DNA of 64,000 nt. Origin: an uncultured Actinomycetes bacterium (GTDB lineage Bacteria > Actinomycetota > Actinomycetes > S36-B12 > CAIYMF01). A program made the position numbers and the translations under genes. The notes below the pieces were generated by a model. The model was not told the DNA's origin. It did not search any database and worked only from the letters and a program-made list of their open reading frames with translations. The stretch's first letter is position 1. Each line of letters starts with the position of its first letter. The DNA lies in NCBI GenBank assembly GCA_963818445.1, contig CAWFSG010000018.1, forward strand, positions 38,639-102,638, given 5' to 3'. Below, one piece after another: positions 1 through 11,574 of the stretch.

Positions 1-98
1 CGCTGTCGAGTCCGGCGACGCCGACGCGCTCGTCGCGGTGCTGGTCCAGCACCGTGCAAGTGCGGTCAGCGCCCTGCGCGCCCAGCTCTCGCGCGGCG

Positions 99-1992
99 CT
101 AGCCCGCCTGACCGGAGTGCTTCAGCAGCAGCGGGGTGAGGACCTCCAGGATGCTCGCGTCCTCGATCGTCGACGGGACCTGCTCGGGCCGCCCGTCGGC
201 GATCCCGCGCATGGTCCTGCGCAGGATCTTCCCCGACCGGGTCTTCGGCAGGCCGGGGACGATCACGACCTCCCGGAACGCCGCCACCGGGCCGACATGC
301 TCGCGCACGTCGGCCACGATCTGCCGGGTGAGCTCATCGGGATCGATCTCGACCCCGCCCTTGAGCACCACGAACGCACGCGGGGACTGGCCCTTGAGGT
401 CGTCTGCCACACCGATCACGGCGCACTCGGCCACGGCCGGATGCGAGGCCACCACCGCCTCCATCACGCCCGTCGACAGGCGATGCCCGGCCACGTTGAT
501 GACGTCGTCGGTGCGACCCAGGACGTACAGGTAGCCGTCGGGATCGATGTACCCGCCGTCACCGGTGGTGTAGTAGCCGGGGAATGCGCTGAGGTAGGAC
601 GACACGTACCGCTCGTCGTCGCCCCACAGGGTCGGCAGGGTCCCGGGTGGCAGCGGAAGCCGGATCACGATGTTGCCCTCGGTGCCCGGCGCGACCTCGT
701 GGCCCTCGCCATCGAGGACGCGCACGTCATATCCCGGGACGGCCACCGATGGCGAGCCCTCCTTCAGCGGCAGCGGTTCGAGCCCGCGCGGGTTGGCCGC
801 GATCGGCCAGCCCGGTCTCGGTCTGCCACCAGTTGTCCACGACCGGGACCCCGAGGACCCTCGTCGCCCAGTGGTAGGTGTCCGGATCCAGCCGCTCCCC
901 GGCGAGGAACAGCGTGCGCAGGCTGGAGATGTCGTGCCCGGCGATCAGCGCGCCCTCAGGATCCTCGCGTCGGATCGCCCGGATCGCGGTCGGAGCGGTG
1001 AACAGCGCCTTCACCCGGTGCTCGGCGATGACCCGCCAGAAGGCCGCGGCATCCGGCGTGCCGACCGGCTTGCCCTCGTACAGGACCGTCGTGGCTCCCA
1101 CGATCAGGGGGGCGTAGACGATGTACGAGTGCCCGACGACCCAGCCCACGTCGGAAGCCGCCCACCAGACGTCGCCGGGGCCGATGTCGTAGACGTTGGC
1201 CATGGACCACGCCAATGCCACGGCATGCCCCCCGTTGTCGCGGACGATGCCCTTCGGCCGGCCCGTCGTGCCGGAGGTGTAGAGGATGTAGAGCGGGTCG
1301 GTGGCCGCGACGTCCGTGCACCCCGCGGGCTCGGCGCCGGCAACCATCTGCGCCCAGTCATGGTCGCGGGGACCCATCTGGGCGAGCAGTTGAGGACGCT
1401 GCAGGATGACGCACGCGGTCGGTTGGTGCGTGGCGAGGGCCAGCGCCTCGTCGAGCAGCGGCTTGTAGGCCACCACCCGGTTCGGCTCGATCCCACAGGA
1501 CGCGGACAGGATCACCTTCGGCTGGGCATCGTCGATGCGCACGGCGAGCTCGTCAGCGGCGAACCCGCCGAACACCACGGAGTGCACCGCCCCGAGACGG
1601 GCGCACGCCAGCATGCCGATGACAGCCTCCGGGACCATCGGCATGGAGAGCACCACCCGGTCACCGGCGCCCACGCCGAGCCCGGAGAGCACCCCGGCGA
1701 ACCGCGCTACCTCGTCGAGGAGCTCGGCGTAGGTGAACGTGCGCTGGGTTCCCGTGACGGGGCTGACGTGGATCAGCGCGGGCCGACCGCCGCGGCCGGA
1801 CTCGACGTGGCGGTCCAGGGCGTTGAAGCAGGTGTTCAGCCGACCGTCCGGGTACCAGCGGTGCAGCGGTGCTGCACTGTCGTCACGCACGACAGTCGGC
1901 GGGGTGGTCCAGGTGATCGCCTGCGCTGCCGCCCCCCAGAACGCCTGGGGGTCCGCCATGCTCTGGGCGTGCGCCTGTGCGTACGTGGTCAT
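99..1992 (-). pseudogene. prpE: AMP-forming propionyl-/acetyl-CoA synthetase (PrpE/Acs family) with one frame break
   Basis: The N-terminal 421 codons start at ATG 1992 (MTTYAQAH..., AMP-binding motif YTSGTTGRPKG) and lie in the frame of ORF 727..3168. The C-terminal 215 codons (VAVPGYDVRVLD...PKTRSGKILRR) are ORF 99..746. Switching frame at ~806-815 restores the junction WWQTETG-WPIAANPRGLEPLPLKEGSPSVAVPGYDV. The span is 1894 nt, not a multiple of 3. Confidence 0.8.
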
Positions 1993-2143
1993 GGAGCCTC
2001 CCGGGTCTCGTCGATGTCGGCCCAGTGTGCCCCGCGACCGGGCGCCCGCGGGTGCCACGAGCACCTCCCTGCGACGAGCGGGCCCGCGGGTCGACGAACG
2101 GGGAGCCTCTCCGCCCGCATCGCAGACCCTCCCATCGCCTACG

Positions 2144-2187
2144 GACCCTCCCGGTCGATCCGGGGGCGGGTACCTTCCGGGAGGGTC
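2144..2187 (-). terminator. stem-loop downstream of rlmN (GACCCTCCCGG...CCGGGAGGGTC, 11-bp perfect stem)
   Basis: The inverted repeat is read directly, ~25 nt past the rlmN stop codon. A third copy of GACCCTCCC at 2125..2133 could pair alternatively. There is no T-tract. Confidence 0.4.
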
Positions 2188-2213
2188 TGCGCGGGGACGG
2201 GCGGCTGGGCGGC

Positions 2214-3350
2214 TCAGTCGCGGACTGTGGCCGCCAGCTGGCCGCAGGCGCCGTCGATCTCGCTGCCGCGGGTGTCGCGGATGGTCGTGGGGATCCCGCG
2301 CGCCTCCAGCGCGGCGACGAACGCGCGCTCGACCGCGGGATCCGAGGCCGTCCACTTCGAGCCGGGCGTCGGGTTCAGCGGGATCGGGTTGACGTGCACC
2401 CAGCCCCGGCCCCGGGCATTGAGCAGCTTGCCGAGCAGGTCCGCGCGCCATGCCTGGTCGTTGATGTCCCGGATCAGCGCGTACTCGATGGAGGCCCGCC
2501 GGCCGGTGGCCTGCGTGTACTCGAACGCGGCGTCGATGGCCTCGGCGACCTTCCACTTCGTGTTGATGGGCACCAGGGTGTCGCGCAGCTCGTCGTCGGG
2601 GGCGTGCAGGCTCAGCGCCAGCGTGACGGGCAGCCCCTCGCCGGCGAACGTGCGCATCGCCGGGACCAGGCCCACGGTCGAGACGGTGATCCCGCGGGCG
2701 CTCATCCCCAGGCCATCGGGGGCCGGCGCGATCATGCGGCGGACCGCGCCGACCACGACGTTGTAGTTGGCCAGGGGCTCCCCCATGCCCATGAAGACCA
2801 CGTTCGACACCCGGCCGGTCCCGCCCGCGACCTCGCCGCGGGACAGCGCCCGAGAACCGGCGAGCACCTGCTCGACGACCTCGGCGGTCGACATGTTGCG
2901 GGTGAGCCCCGCCTGCCCGGTCGCGCAGAACGGGCAGTTCATCCCGCAGCCGGCCTGCGACGAGACGCACACCGTGACCCGCTCGCGGCTGTTGCGGGTC
3001 GCCGGGTAGCGCATCAGCACCGACTCGACCATGGCCCCGTCGTGCAGCCGCCACACGGACTTCACCGTGAGGCCGCCGTCGCAGGTGATGTCGCGCACGT
3101 TGGTCAGCAGCGGCGGGCACAGGCTCTCGGCCAGGGGCTGGCGCAGCGCCGCGGGGATGTCGGTCCACTGCGCGGGGTCGTCGACGAGCCGGGCGAACCA
3201 GTGGTTGCTCACCTGGTCGGCGCGGAACTTCGGCAGCCCGGCCGCCACCACGGCCTCCCTGCGCTCCGCCAGGGTCATGTCCGACAGGTGCCGTGGCGGC
3301 TTGCCGCGCCGGGGCGCCTCGAGGACCAACAGGCCCGGTGGCTGGCTCAC
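2214..3350 (-). CDS. rlmN: 23S rRNA/tRNA (adenine-C2)-methyltransferase RlmN (radical SAM)
   Basis: 378-aa ORF with the radical-SAM cluster [11 protein letters not shown] and an RlmN-like N-terminus (KFRADQV). It sits next to cdsA as in other actinobacteria. Confidence 0.9.
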   Translation of the reverse strand: MSQPPGLLVLEAPRRGKPPRHLSDMTLAERREAVVAAGLPKFRADQVSNHWFARLVDDPAQWTDIPAALRQPLAESLCPPLLTNVRDITCDGGLTVKSVWRLHDGAMVESVLMRYPATRNSRERVTVCVSSQAGCGMNCPFCATGQAGLTRNMSTAEVVEQVLAGSRALSRGEVAGGTGRVSNVVFMGMGEPLANYNVVVGAVRRMIAPAPDGLGMSARGITVSTVGLVPAMRTFAGEGLPVTLALSLHAPDDELRDTLVPINTKWKVAEAIDAAFEYTQATGRRASIEYALIRDINDQAWRADLLGKLLNARGRGWVHVNPIPLNPTPGSKWTASDPAVERAFVAALEARGIPTTIRDTRGSEIDGACGQLAATVRD

Positions 3351-3351
3351 G

Positions 3352-4224
3352 TCAGGCGATCCCGCCCAGGGTGAGGGCGAACAGCGTGTAGGCGACCACC
3401 GTGTTGGGGATCAGGCTGTCGAGGCGGTCCATCACCCCGCCGTGGCCGGGTAGCAGGTTCGACATGTCCTTGATGCCCATGTCGCGCTTGATCGCCGACT
3501 CGAGGAAGTCTCCGAGTGTCGCTGTGACGGTCATGAGCGCGCCGACGATCGCGCCCTTCCACCAGTCGGAGTCCAGCAGGTAGACGAACATCAACGATCC
3601 CAGGACAACCTGCAGGGTGACCGATCCGGCGAATCCCTCCCAGGACTTCTTCGGGCTGATTGTCGGGGCCATGGGGTGCTTGCCGAACAGCACGCCGGCC
3701 GCGTACCCACCGATGTCGCTGGCGATCGACAGCACGATGAAGGTGAGCACCCGGTCCGCGCCGTCGGGGGATGCGGCGATGAGGGCAGCGAACGCGCCCA
3801 TCAGCGGGGCGTAGGCCAGCACGAAGCCGCTGGCGGTGGCGTCGCGGACGAAGTCGTCGGTGCCCCGCTCGAAGAGCCGCCACACCAGCGTGAACAGGAA
3901 CAGCAATCCCATCCCCATGAGCGCCGAGTCCGGGCCGAGCCAGAACCCGAGCACAGGCATCAGCACCGCTGCGATCAGCAGCGGCGGCTTGGACAGGTGG
4001 ATGCCCTTGGTCCCGAGCGCGGTTGCGAGCTCGTCGGTGCCCAGGAAGATCGCCACGACGATGAGCACGACGAAGAGCCACAGCTGGATGTAGAGCGACG
4101 CGAGGGCGATGGCAACCAGGAGCACGCCCACGGCGATCGCCGCGGGCAGGTTGCGCCCAGCCCGGGACTTGCTCGGCTCAGCCGTGGCTTCCTCGGGTGA
4201 GGGTGCGCCTGTCGATCCGCTCAT
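3352..4224 (-). CDS. cdsA: phosphatidate cytidylyltransferase
   Basis: Multi-TM protein with the CdsA C-terminal signature SxxKRxxxxKDxxxxxPGHGGxxDRxDS ([29 protein letters not shown]). I chose the internal ATG at 4224 because the longer ORF would overlap frr. Confidence 0.8.
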   Translation of the reverse strand: MSGSTGAPSPEEATAEPSKSRAGRNLPAAIAVGVLLVAIALASLYIQLWLFVVLIVVAIFLGTDELATALGTKGIHLSKPPLLIAAVLMPVLGFWLGPDSALMGMGLLFLFTLVWRLFERGTDDFVRDATASGFVLAYAPLMGAFAALIAASPDGADRVLTFIVLSIASDIGGYAAGVLFGKHPMAPTISPKKSWEGFAGSVTLQVVLGSLMFVYLLDSDWWKGAIVGALMTVTATLGDFLESAIKRDMGIKDMSNLLPGHGGVMDRLDSLIPNTVVAYTLFALTLGGIA

Positions 4225-4237
4225 GCGCACCGTCCTC

Positions 4238-4795
4238 TCAGATCTCGAGCAGCTCGGCTTCCTTGTGCTTGAGCAGGTCCTCGACCATGGCCACATGCTT
4301 GGCGGTGAGGTCCTCCAGGGCCTTCTCCGCGCGCCTGACCTCATCCTCGCCGGCGTCGCCGTCCTTGATCATCTTCTCCAGCCGGTCCTTGGCGTGCCGG
4401 CGGATGTTGCGGATCGACACGCGCGAGTCCTCGGCCTTGTGCCGTGCCAGCTTGATGTACTCCTTGCGCCGCTCCTCGGTGAGGATCGGCAGGACGACGC
4501 GGATCACGTTTCCGTCGTCGACCGGGTTCACGCCGAGGTCGGAGTCCCGGATGGCCTTCTCGATGCTCTGCATGGAGCTCTTGTCGAAGGGCGAGATGAC
4601 GATCATCCGCGCCTCGGGCGTCTGGAACGACGCCAGCTGCTGGATCGGGGTCGGCGCGCCGTAGTAGTCCACCAGGACCTTGCTGAACATCTGGGGGGTC
4701 GCCCGACCGGTGCGGATGGTGGCGAAGTCCTCCTTGGCCACGGTGATGGCCTTGTCCATCTTCTCCTCGGCCTCGAACAGTTCCTCGTCGATCAT
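4238..4795 (-). CDS. frr: ribosome recycling factor
   Basis: The 185-aa translation is typical RRF along its full length and lies between pyrH and cdsA. Confidence 0.95.
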   Translation of the reverse strand: MIDEELFEAEEKMDKAITVAKEDFATIRTGRATPQMFSKVLVDYYGAPTPIQQLASFQTPEARMIVISPFDKSSMQSIEKAIRDSDLGVNPVDDGNVIRVVLPILTEERRKEYIKLARHKAEDSRVSIRNIRRHAKDRLEKMIKDGDAGEDEVRRAEKALEDLTAKHVAMVEDLLKHKEAELLEI

Positions 4796-4839
4796 CGGGT
4801 CTCCTTGTGGTCGTCAGCGTCCAGGTCGAGCGGGGCCGG

Positions 4840-5628
<789 letters not shown>

Positions 5629-5699
5629 CTACTGCGGATGCACGACGCCCCCGGGAGGTGATCCATCCCGGGGGCGTCGAGGTTCGACTGGCGCTGGCG

Positions 5700-6515
5700 T
5701 CAGCCGCCGATCTCGATCCGGACGAAGCCGGAGATGTCGGCTCCGTTCTCCGTGGCGTAGGCCTTCACGTTCTTCTTGCTGTCCTGGACCGAGGACTGCT
5801 CGAGCAGGACCCGATCCTTGAAGAACCCGTTGACCCGACCCTCGACGATCTTCGGAAGGGCGCCCTCGGGCTTGCCCTCCTCACGGGCCGTGGCCTCGGC
5901 GATGTGCTTCTCGTGGGCCACGACCTCGGCCGGGACGTCGTCACGGGTGAGGTACTCAGGACGCATCGCGGCGATCTGCATGCCGATGGCACGCGCTGTG
6001 TCCTCGTTGCCCTCGTAGGCCACGAGCACGCCGACCTGGGGCGGGAGGTCAGCCGAGCGCCGGTGCATGTAGGTGGCGATGGTCCCCTCGAGCAGCGCGA
6101 CCCGCCCGAGCTCGAGCTTCTCGCCGATGACCCCGGACATCTCCTGGATGGCGTCGGCCACGGTCTTGCCGTTCGCCATCTCGGCGCTGGCCAGTGCGTC
6201 GCGGTCCTCGGCACCGATCTCGTCGGCCAGGGCGACGACCTCGTCGGCGAAGGCCTGGAAGTCAGCGTTCTTGGCCACGAAGTCGGTCTCGCAGAGCAGC
6301 TCGACCAGCGAGCCCCCCTGCACGGCGACCAGGCCGTTCTTGGTGGTGCGCTCAGCACCACGCTTGGCGGCCTTGGCGGCCCCGGAGATCCGCAGGATCT
6401 CCACCGCGGCGTCGAAGTCGCCATCGGCCTCGGTCAGGGCCTTCTTGCACTCCATCATCCCGGCGGAGGTGAGGTCGCGGAGCTTCTTGACGTCCGCGGC
6501 GGTGATCGCAGCCAT
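5700..6515 (-). CDS. tsf: translation elongation factor Ts
   Basis: [27 protein letters not shown] is a typical EF-Ts N-terminus. ATG at 6515 is preceded by an AAAGGA Shine-Dalgarno sequence. Confidence 0.9.
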   Translation of the reverse strand: MAAITAADVKKLRDLTSAGMMECKKALTEADGDFDAAVEILRISGAAKAAKRGAERTTKNGLVAVQGGSLVELLCETDFVAKNADFQAFADEVVALADEIGAEDRDALASAEMANGKTVADAIQEMSGVIGEKLELGRVALLEGTIATYMHRRSADLPPQVGVLVAYEGNEDTARAIGMQIAAMRPEYLTRDDVPAEVVAHEKHIAEATAREEGKPEGALPKIVEGRVNGFFKDRVLLEQSSVQDSKKNVKAYATENGADISGFVRIEIGG

Positions 6516-6653
6516 GGGCTGTCCTTTCTCAGGGTGGGGCACGCTGGCCCCGGGTTGAGGGCGAGCACCGGGCCGCCCGTGCGCCTCGGCACGGGCAGGT
6601 CCGGTGTCAGCGGCAGCGGTCGGACCGGCTGCCGCGCTGAACGGGGGTGCTGC

Positions 6654-7865
6654 CTACTCGGCAGCCTTCTCGGCGGCAGCCTCAGCCTCGACAGCAGCCT
6701 CCACCTCGGTGGCGACCTCGGCCTCGACCTCGAGAGCGACGGCCTCGGCAACGACGGCCTCAGCGATCGCCTCCTCGGCGACCTCGTCGGCGACGACGGC
6801 CTCGATCACTGCCTCCTCGGCAACAGCCTCGGCCACGACCGCCTCGGCGACGGCCTCCTCAGCGACGATCTCCTCGACGATGGCGACCTCAACAGCGAGC
6901 TCGGCCTCCTCGACGGGCAGCTCGCCGGCCTCGGCCTCGACAACAGCCTCCTCGGCGACGGCCTCAGCGATGACGGCATCGACCACGGCGTCCTCGGCAA
7001 CCACCTCGGCGACAGCGGCCTCAGCCACCGCCTCTTCGGCGACGGCCTCGGCAACGACCGCCTCGGCAACGGCATCCACCGCGACGACATCGGCAACTGC
7101 CTCCGCCTGGTGGGCGGCCAGCAGCTCGGCCTCCCACTCGGCCAACGGCTCGACGGCCTCAGATGTCCCGCCGCTGGCACGGGCAACAAGGCCCTCGGCG
7201 ACGGCGTCGGCGATCACGCGGGTGAGCAGGCCGACGGCGCGGATGGCGTCGTCGTTGCCCGGGATCGGGAAGTCCACGACGTCGGGGTCGCAGTTGGAGT
7301 CCAGGATCGCGATGACCGGGATGCCCAGCTTGCGCGCCTCGCCGACGGCGATGTGCTCCTTGTTCGTGTCGACGACCCAGACGGCCGACGGGATCTTGCT
7401 CATCTCCCGGATGCCGCCCAGCGTGCGGACCAGCTTGTCCTTCTCGCGGCGCAGGACGAGCAGCTCCTTCTTGGTCATCCCCGAGCCGGCGACGTCATCG
7501 AAGTCGATCTGCTCGAGCTCCTTGAGGCGCTGCAGGCGCTTGTACACGGTCTGGAAGTTGGTGAGCATGCCGCCCAGCCAGCGCTCGTTGACGTAGGGCA
7601 TGCCCACGCGCGACGCCTGCTCGGCAACGGCCTCCTGGGCCTGCTTCTTGGTCCCGACGAACATGACCGTCCCGCCGCGCGACACGGTCTCCTTGACGTA
7701 GGAGTAGGCGCGATCGATGGAGGTCAGCGACTGGGTCAGGTCGATGATGTAGATGCCATTGCGCTCGGTGAGGATGAAGCGCTTCATCTTGGGGTTCCAG
7801 CGCCGGGTCTGGTGTCCGAAGTGGACGCCGCTCTCCAGCATCTGGCGCATCGTGACGACGGCCAT
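6654..7865 (-). CDS. rpsB: 30S ribosomal protein S2 with ~150-aa acidic Ala/Glu/Val C-terminal extension
   Basis: [27 protein letters not shown] is the canonical S2 start, with ATG at 7865 after AGAGGA. The protein is 403 aa, and residues ~254-403 are low complexity. Confidence 0.9.
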   Translation of the reverse strand: MAVVTMRQMLESGVHFGHQTRRWNPKMKRFILTERNGIYIIDLTQSLTSIDRAYSYVKETVSRGGTVMFVGTKKQAQEAVAEQASRVGMPYVNERWLGGMLTNFQTVYKRLQRLKELEQIDFDDVAGSGMTKKELLVLRREKDKLVRTLGGIREMSKIPSAVWVVDTNKEHIAVGEARKLGIPVIAILDSNCDPDVVDFPIPGNDDAIRAVGLLTRVIADAVAEGLVARASGGTSEAVEPLAEWEAELLAAHQAEAVADVVAVDAVAEAVVAEAVAEEAVAEAAVAEVVAEDAVVDAVIAEAVAEEAVVEAEAGELPVEEAELAVEVAIVEEIVAEEAVAEAVVAEAVAEEAVIEAVVADEVAEEAIAEAVVAEAVALEVEAEVATEVEAAVEAEAAAEKAAE

Positions 7866-8141
7866 GGGTGGTCCTCTTTCGTGCGCGGCGGCGCCGCGCG
7901 GTTCGGTTGTCACGACCACCGGCCGGCGGTCGCCCTGATGCCCCTGGCTGGTCGGGCTGCCGAGGCAGACCGTTCCGATCAGTCACACGTGCTGGGGCAT
8001 GCGAATTCGGATCCCGGGGGATCCGTGCGCACAGTCTACGACCAACCCGCGATGCTGCGGAAATCCCCGCCCCCGCGTCGTCGTCCACAGATCGCGGAGC
8101 GACCCCTGTCCAGATGCCGCGCGTGGGCACAGGGTGGGTCC

Positions 8142-8642
8142 ATGGCCGAACCCCGGATCGCCCTGACCCTCAGCCTCGCCGCGCTGCTGCTCGTCTCGCC
8201 TGGCGCCGGAAGCACCCAGGCTGGCCCCACACAGGACCGCCTGCGCTGGCGCCCACCGGTCTCCCCGGTGGTGGTGGTGCGCCATTTCGACCCTCCGGAC
8301 CAACGGTGGCTGCCGGGCCATCGCGGAGTCGACCTGAGGACCACACCGGGGGCACAGGTGCGCGCCGCCGGGGACGGCCGTGTGGCGTTCGCTGGGACCC
8401 TCGCCGGGCGCGGGGTGATCTCCATCGACCACGGCGAGCTGCGCACGACCTACGAGCCCGTCGAAGCACAGGTCCTGGTCGGCGAGAAGGTCCGGGCTGG
8501 CGAGTCGATCGGGACCGTCGGGACCGGAAGCGGCCACTGTGGGTCCGGGTCCTGCCTGCACCTCGGCCTCCGACGGGGCCGGCAGTACCTGGACCCGATG
8601 CTGCTCCTCGGGCGCACCTCCGCCCGCCTGCGCCCGTGGTGA
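8142..8642 (+). CDS. secreted M23 family metallopeptidase
   Basis: Signal-like N-terminus MAEPRIALTLSLAALLLVSPGAG and M23 motifs HRGVDL and CLHLGLR. It is the real 3' end of the otherwise spurious 1006-aa ORF 5622..8642. Confidence 0.75.
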   Translation: MAEPRIALTLSLAALLLVSPGAGSTQAGPTQDRLRWRPPVSPVVVVRHFDPPDQRWLPGHRGVDLRTTPGAQVRAAGDGRVAFAGTLAGRGVISIDHGELRTTYEPVEAQVLVGEKVRAGESIGTVGTGSGHCGSGSCLHLGLRRGRQYLDPMLLLGRTSARLRPW

Positions 8643-8665
8643 GCTGCTGTGAGGGCTGGCGTGAA

Positions 8666-9538
8666 TCAGTCGTCGTCGAAGGACCCGATGCGGGTCCGCA
8701 TGCCCATCATGGCCTTGGAGTGCAGCTGGCAGATGCGGCTCTCCGTCACGCTCAGGACGAGGCCGATCTCCGCGAGGGTCAGGCCCTCGTAGTAGTACAG
8801 GGTGACCACGATCTGCTCACGCTCGGGCAGGGTGTGGATCACGCGGGCGAGCACCTGGCGGGTCTCCTCGTCGTCGAGGGCATCCCCCGGCGCGAGCGTC
8901 CGCTCGTCCTCGAGACGTTCCCCGAGGGTCGAGCCGTCGCCGTGGTCAGCCGACCCGAGCATCTCGTCGAGGGCCGCCACGTGCACGAACGAGACCTGGT
9001 CGAACACCTTGCGCAGCTCGGGGATGTCCAGGCCGAGCTCGTCGGCGATCTCCCCCTCGGTGGGGGTCCGCTGCAGGCGGGCCTCCAGGACGGCGATCGC
9101 GCGCTCGATGTCACGGGCCTTGGTGCGCACCGAGCGCGGGATCCAGTCGAAGGAGCGCAGCTCGTCGATGATCGCGCCGCGGATGCGGTTGATCGCGTAG
9201 GTCTCGAACTTGATCGCACGCTCGGGGTCGTACTTCTCGATGGCGTCGATGAGGCCGAACACGCCGTAGGAGACCAGGTCGCCCTGCTCGACGCTCGCCG
9301 GCAGTCCCACCCCGACGCGGCCGGCCACATAGCGCACGAGCGGGGCGTACTGAAGGATCAGCTGCTCGCGGATCCCGGAGTCGGCCGTGAGCTTGTACTC
9401 GCGCCACAGCCTGGCAAGTGCGGCCCCTGGCTCATCGAGCTCGCGGACGGCGTCGTCGGGATCGATCATCTCGTCCTCGACGGCCCCGACCTGCGCCAGG
9501 CGCAGCGAACTGTCAGGCGCGGGGGTGGGCCCGGTCAT
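8666..9538 (-). CDS. whiG: FliA/WhiG-type alternative sigma factor
   Basis: 290 aa from ATG 9538. It has sigma-70 regions 2-4 ([54 protein letters not shown]). It lies between xerC and rpsB, as Streptomyces whiG does. Confidence 0.75.
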   Translation of the reverse strand: MTGPTPAPDSSLRLAQVGAVEDEMIDPDDAVRELDEPGAALARLWREYKLTADSGIREQLILQYAPLVRYVAGRVGVGLPASVEQGDLVSYGVFGLIDAIEKYDPERAIKFETYAINRIRGAIIDELRSFDWIPRSVRTKARDIERAIAVLEARLQRTPTEGEIADELGLDIPELRKVFDQVSFVHVAALDEMLGSADHGDGSTLGERLEDERTLAPGDALDDEETRQVLARVIHTLPEREQIVVTLYYYEGLTLAEIGLVLSVTESRICQLHSKAMMGMRTRIGSFDDD

Positions 9539-10430
9539 AACTGCTCCTGAGTCGCTCGATCGAGACGTGGGTGTAGATCTGGGTCGTGCCGAGACTAGCG
9601 TGGCCGAGCACCTCCTGGACGGAACGCAGGTCCGCGCCGCCCTCGACAAGATGCGTCGCCATGGAGTGCCGCAGCCCATGGGGTCCCATGTCGGGGGCGT
9701 CGGGGACGTGTGCGAGCAGTCCGTGGACCGCCCGGCGGACCACGCGTGCGTCCACGCGACCTCCCCTGGCGCCCAGGAACAGCGCGTCGCCGCTGGCCGG
9801 CCGCACCAGGCGCATGCGGCCCTCGTCGATCCAGGTGTGCAGCGCCCGCGCCGCCGGATTGCCGAACGGGACGACACGCTCCCGCGCGCCCTTGCCCATC
9901 ACCCGGGCAGTCTGGCGCGACCAGTCCAGGTCAGCGCACTGCATCCCGACGAGCTCCGAGACCCGCATCCCGGTGGCGTAGAGCAGTTCGAGCATGGCGA
10001 CATCACGCTGGTGCACCGGCCCGGCGTCGTCGGCCCGCACCGCCGCCACGGCCATGAGGTCCTCGACCTGGCCGGGGCGCAGGACCTCCGGGATTCCCCG
10101 GCGGGCGACCGGGGCGCCGAGCCGGGTGGCCGGATCCACGTCGACAAGGCCCTGTCGCAGTGCCCACCCGGTGAAGCTCCGCGCGGCTGCCACATGCCGG
10201 GCGATGGTCGAGCGGGCAGCCCCTCGTCGGTCCATTCCCGCGAGCCAGGCGCGCAGGACCGCCAGGTCGAGGTCGGCCGGCTGGGCCACGCCCTGCTCGG
10301 CCGCGAATCCCAGGAGGTCCGCGACATCCCCGAGGTACGCGCGCACCGTGTTGGGGCCGCGCCCGCGCTCGTCGCGCAGGTGCGTGGCGAAGCCCGCCAG
10401 CGCCTCCTCCAACGCGATCGGCAGGGTCAC
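9513..10430 (-). CDS. xerC: tyrosine recombinase XerC
   Basis: 305 aa with the catalytic region [39 protein letters not shown] and conserved placement next to dprA. Confidence 0.85.
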   Translation of the reverse strand: MTLPIALEEALAGFATHLRDERGRGPNTVRAYLGDVADLLGFAAEQGVAQPADLDLAVLRAWLAGMDRRGAARSTIARHVAAARSFTGWALRQGLVDVDPATRLGAPVARRGIPEVLRPGQVEDLMAVAAVRADDAGPVHQRDVAMLELLYATGMRVSELVGMQCADLDWSRQTARVMGKGARERVVPFGNPAARALHTWIDEGRMRLVRPASGDALFLGARGGRVDARVVRRAVHGLLAHVPDAPDMGPHGLRHSMATHLVEGGADLRSVQEVLGHASLGTTQIYTHVSIERLRSSYDRAHPRA

Positions 10431-10451
10431 GTGCCCATGCTGCCCCAGGAC

Positions 10452-11561
10452 TCAGGCACATCGGCGCCACCCCGGCCCCACCCGTCGGGCGAGTCCTACG
10501 ATCTCGAGCAGCCCCAGGTGCGCCAGGCAGGCCGCCGGGCTGATGCCGGCACGCTCTGCAGCAGCCTCGACGGTGCGGGTCCCCCTGCCGGGAAGGGCGC
10601 CCAGCACGGCGCGCGCCTCGTCTGTCAGGCCGGCGAGCGCTGCGGGGTCCGTCCCGCCGCGAGGGCCGGCCGGTGCGCCCGGGTCCCCGCCGGAGGAACT
10701 GGACTCGGTGAGCAGCGAGGCGACCTCGGCGCTGTCACTGACGGACCGGGCAACCTGCTCGTGAAGCAGGCGGTTGGTCCCGGAGCTGGCCATCGAGGTG
10801 ACCGGACCGGGCACGGCCATGACCACCCGGCCGATCTCCAGCGCTCGGGAGGCGGTGGCCATCGCACCGCTGCGCCGGGCGGCCTCCACGACGACCGTGC
10901 CCCGGCTCAGCGCGGCGATCACCCGGTTGCGGGCGAGGAACCGGTGCTTGAGGGGCTGGCTGCCCGGGGGCAGCTCGGAGACGACCAGCCCCGAGTCGGC
11001 GATCCGGCAGAGCAGGGCGTCGTGGGCCCGGGGGTAGGCGACATCGACCCCGCATGCGAGGACGGCAACCGTCGGGCCGCCGACGGCCAGCGCCGCACGA
11101 TGCGCCGCAGCGTCGATCCCGAACGCCCCGCCCGAGACCACCGCCCAGCCGTCCTGGGCCAGCCCGCCGGCCACCGCGGCAGTGGCCCGCTCGCCGTATG
11201 CCGTGCAGGCCCGGGCTCCGACGACCGCGACCGAGCGCAGCGCGGCCACGCGCAGGTCCAGGGGACCCCGGATCCACAGGGCCAGCGGGGGTTCGGGGAG
11301 GTCAAGGAGCTGGCTGGGGAACTCCGGCTCGCCCGGGAGCACGACCCGCACACCCCGTCGGGCCATCTCGGCCAGCATCTCGGGCACCTGCTCAGGGAGG
11401 ATCCGGCCCACCACCGGGGACGCGGGCACCTTCCGGCGCAGGCGGGCAAGGACCTCGTCGGCGCCGCGTTCGGCGAGCAGCTCCGCGACTCCCGCGGTGC
11501 CCGGCTCCACCAGGCACGCGAGCGCGATCGAGCTCAGGCGCTGCCGACTCACCCCTGTCAT
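10452..11561 (-). CDS. dprA: DNA-processing protein DprA
   Basis: 369 aa with the Rossmann-like DprA core GGAFGIDAAAHRAAL...FLARNRVIAALS. Confidence 0.85.
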   Translation of the reverse strand: MTGVSRQRLSSIALACLVEPGTAGVAELLAERGADEVLARLRRKVPASPVVGRILPEQVPEMLAEMARRGVRVVLPGEPEFPSQLLDLPEPPLALWIRGPLDLRVAALRSVAVVGARACTAYGERATAAVAGGLAQDGWAVVSGGAFGIDAAAHRAALAVGGPTVAVLACGVDVAYPRAHDALLCRIADSGLVVSELPPGSQPLKHRFLARNRVIAALSRGTVVVEAARRSGAMATASRALEIGRVVMAVPGPVTSMASSGTNRLLHEQVARSVSDSAEVASLLTESSSSGGDPGAPAGPRGGTDPAALAGLTDEARAVLGALPGRGTRTVEAAAERAGISPAACLAHLGLLEIVGLARRVGPGWRRCA

Positions 11562-11574
11562 CTGGACCTCCTCG

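Noticed and set aside
670-3374. Long plus-strand ORFs (670..2766, 1977..3374) opposite prpE and rlmN, and similar ones at 20824..22542, 42171..44324, 44424..46169, 50870..51979, 56656..58371
   Set aside because: All lie antisense to, or out of frame with, genes that have clear family motifs. Their translations are Arg/Gly/Pro-rich with no motifs. These are shadow ORFs expected at ~70% GC.
6604-7596. 330-aa Ser/Thr/Ala-rich ORF resembling a mucin-like or PE/PPE-like surface protein
   Set aside because: It is the exact antisense image of the Ala/Glu/Val tail of rpsB (GCC/GAG/GTC codons read backwards). It has no start context or signal peptide of its own.
7866-8141. c-di-AMP (ydaO-type) riboswitch upstream of the M23 cell-wall hydrolase, or a structured S2 autoregulatory leader upstream of rpsB
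   Set aside because: By eye I could not find the conserved ydaO core segments or a convincing pseudoknot. This needs a covariance-model search (Rfam/Infernal), which I cannot run here.
9513-10430. Tyrosine recombinase as a possible integrase marking a mobile element
   Set aside because: Its sequence and context (dprA upstream, sigma factor and rpsB downstream, conserved synteny) identify it as the chromosomal dimer-resolution XerC. There is no adjacent tRNA, att repeats or phage/ICE genes.
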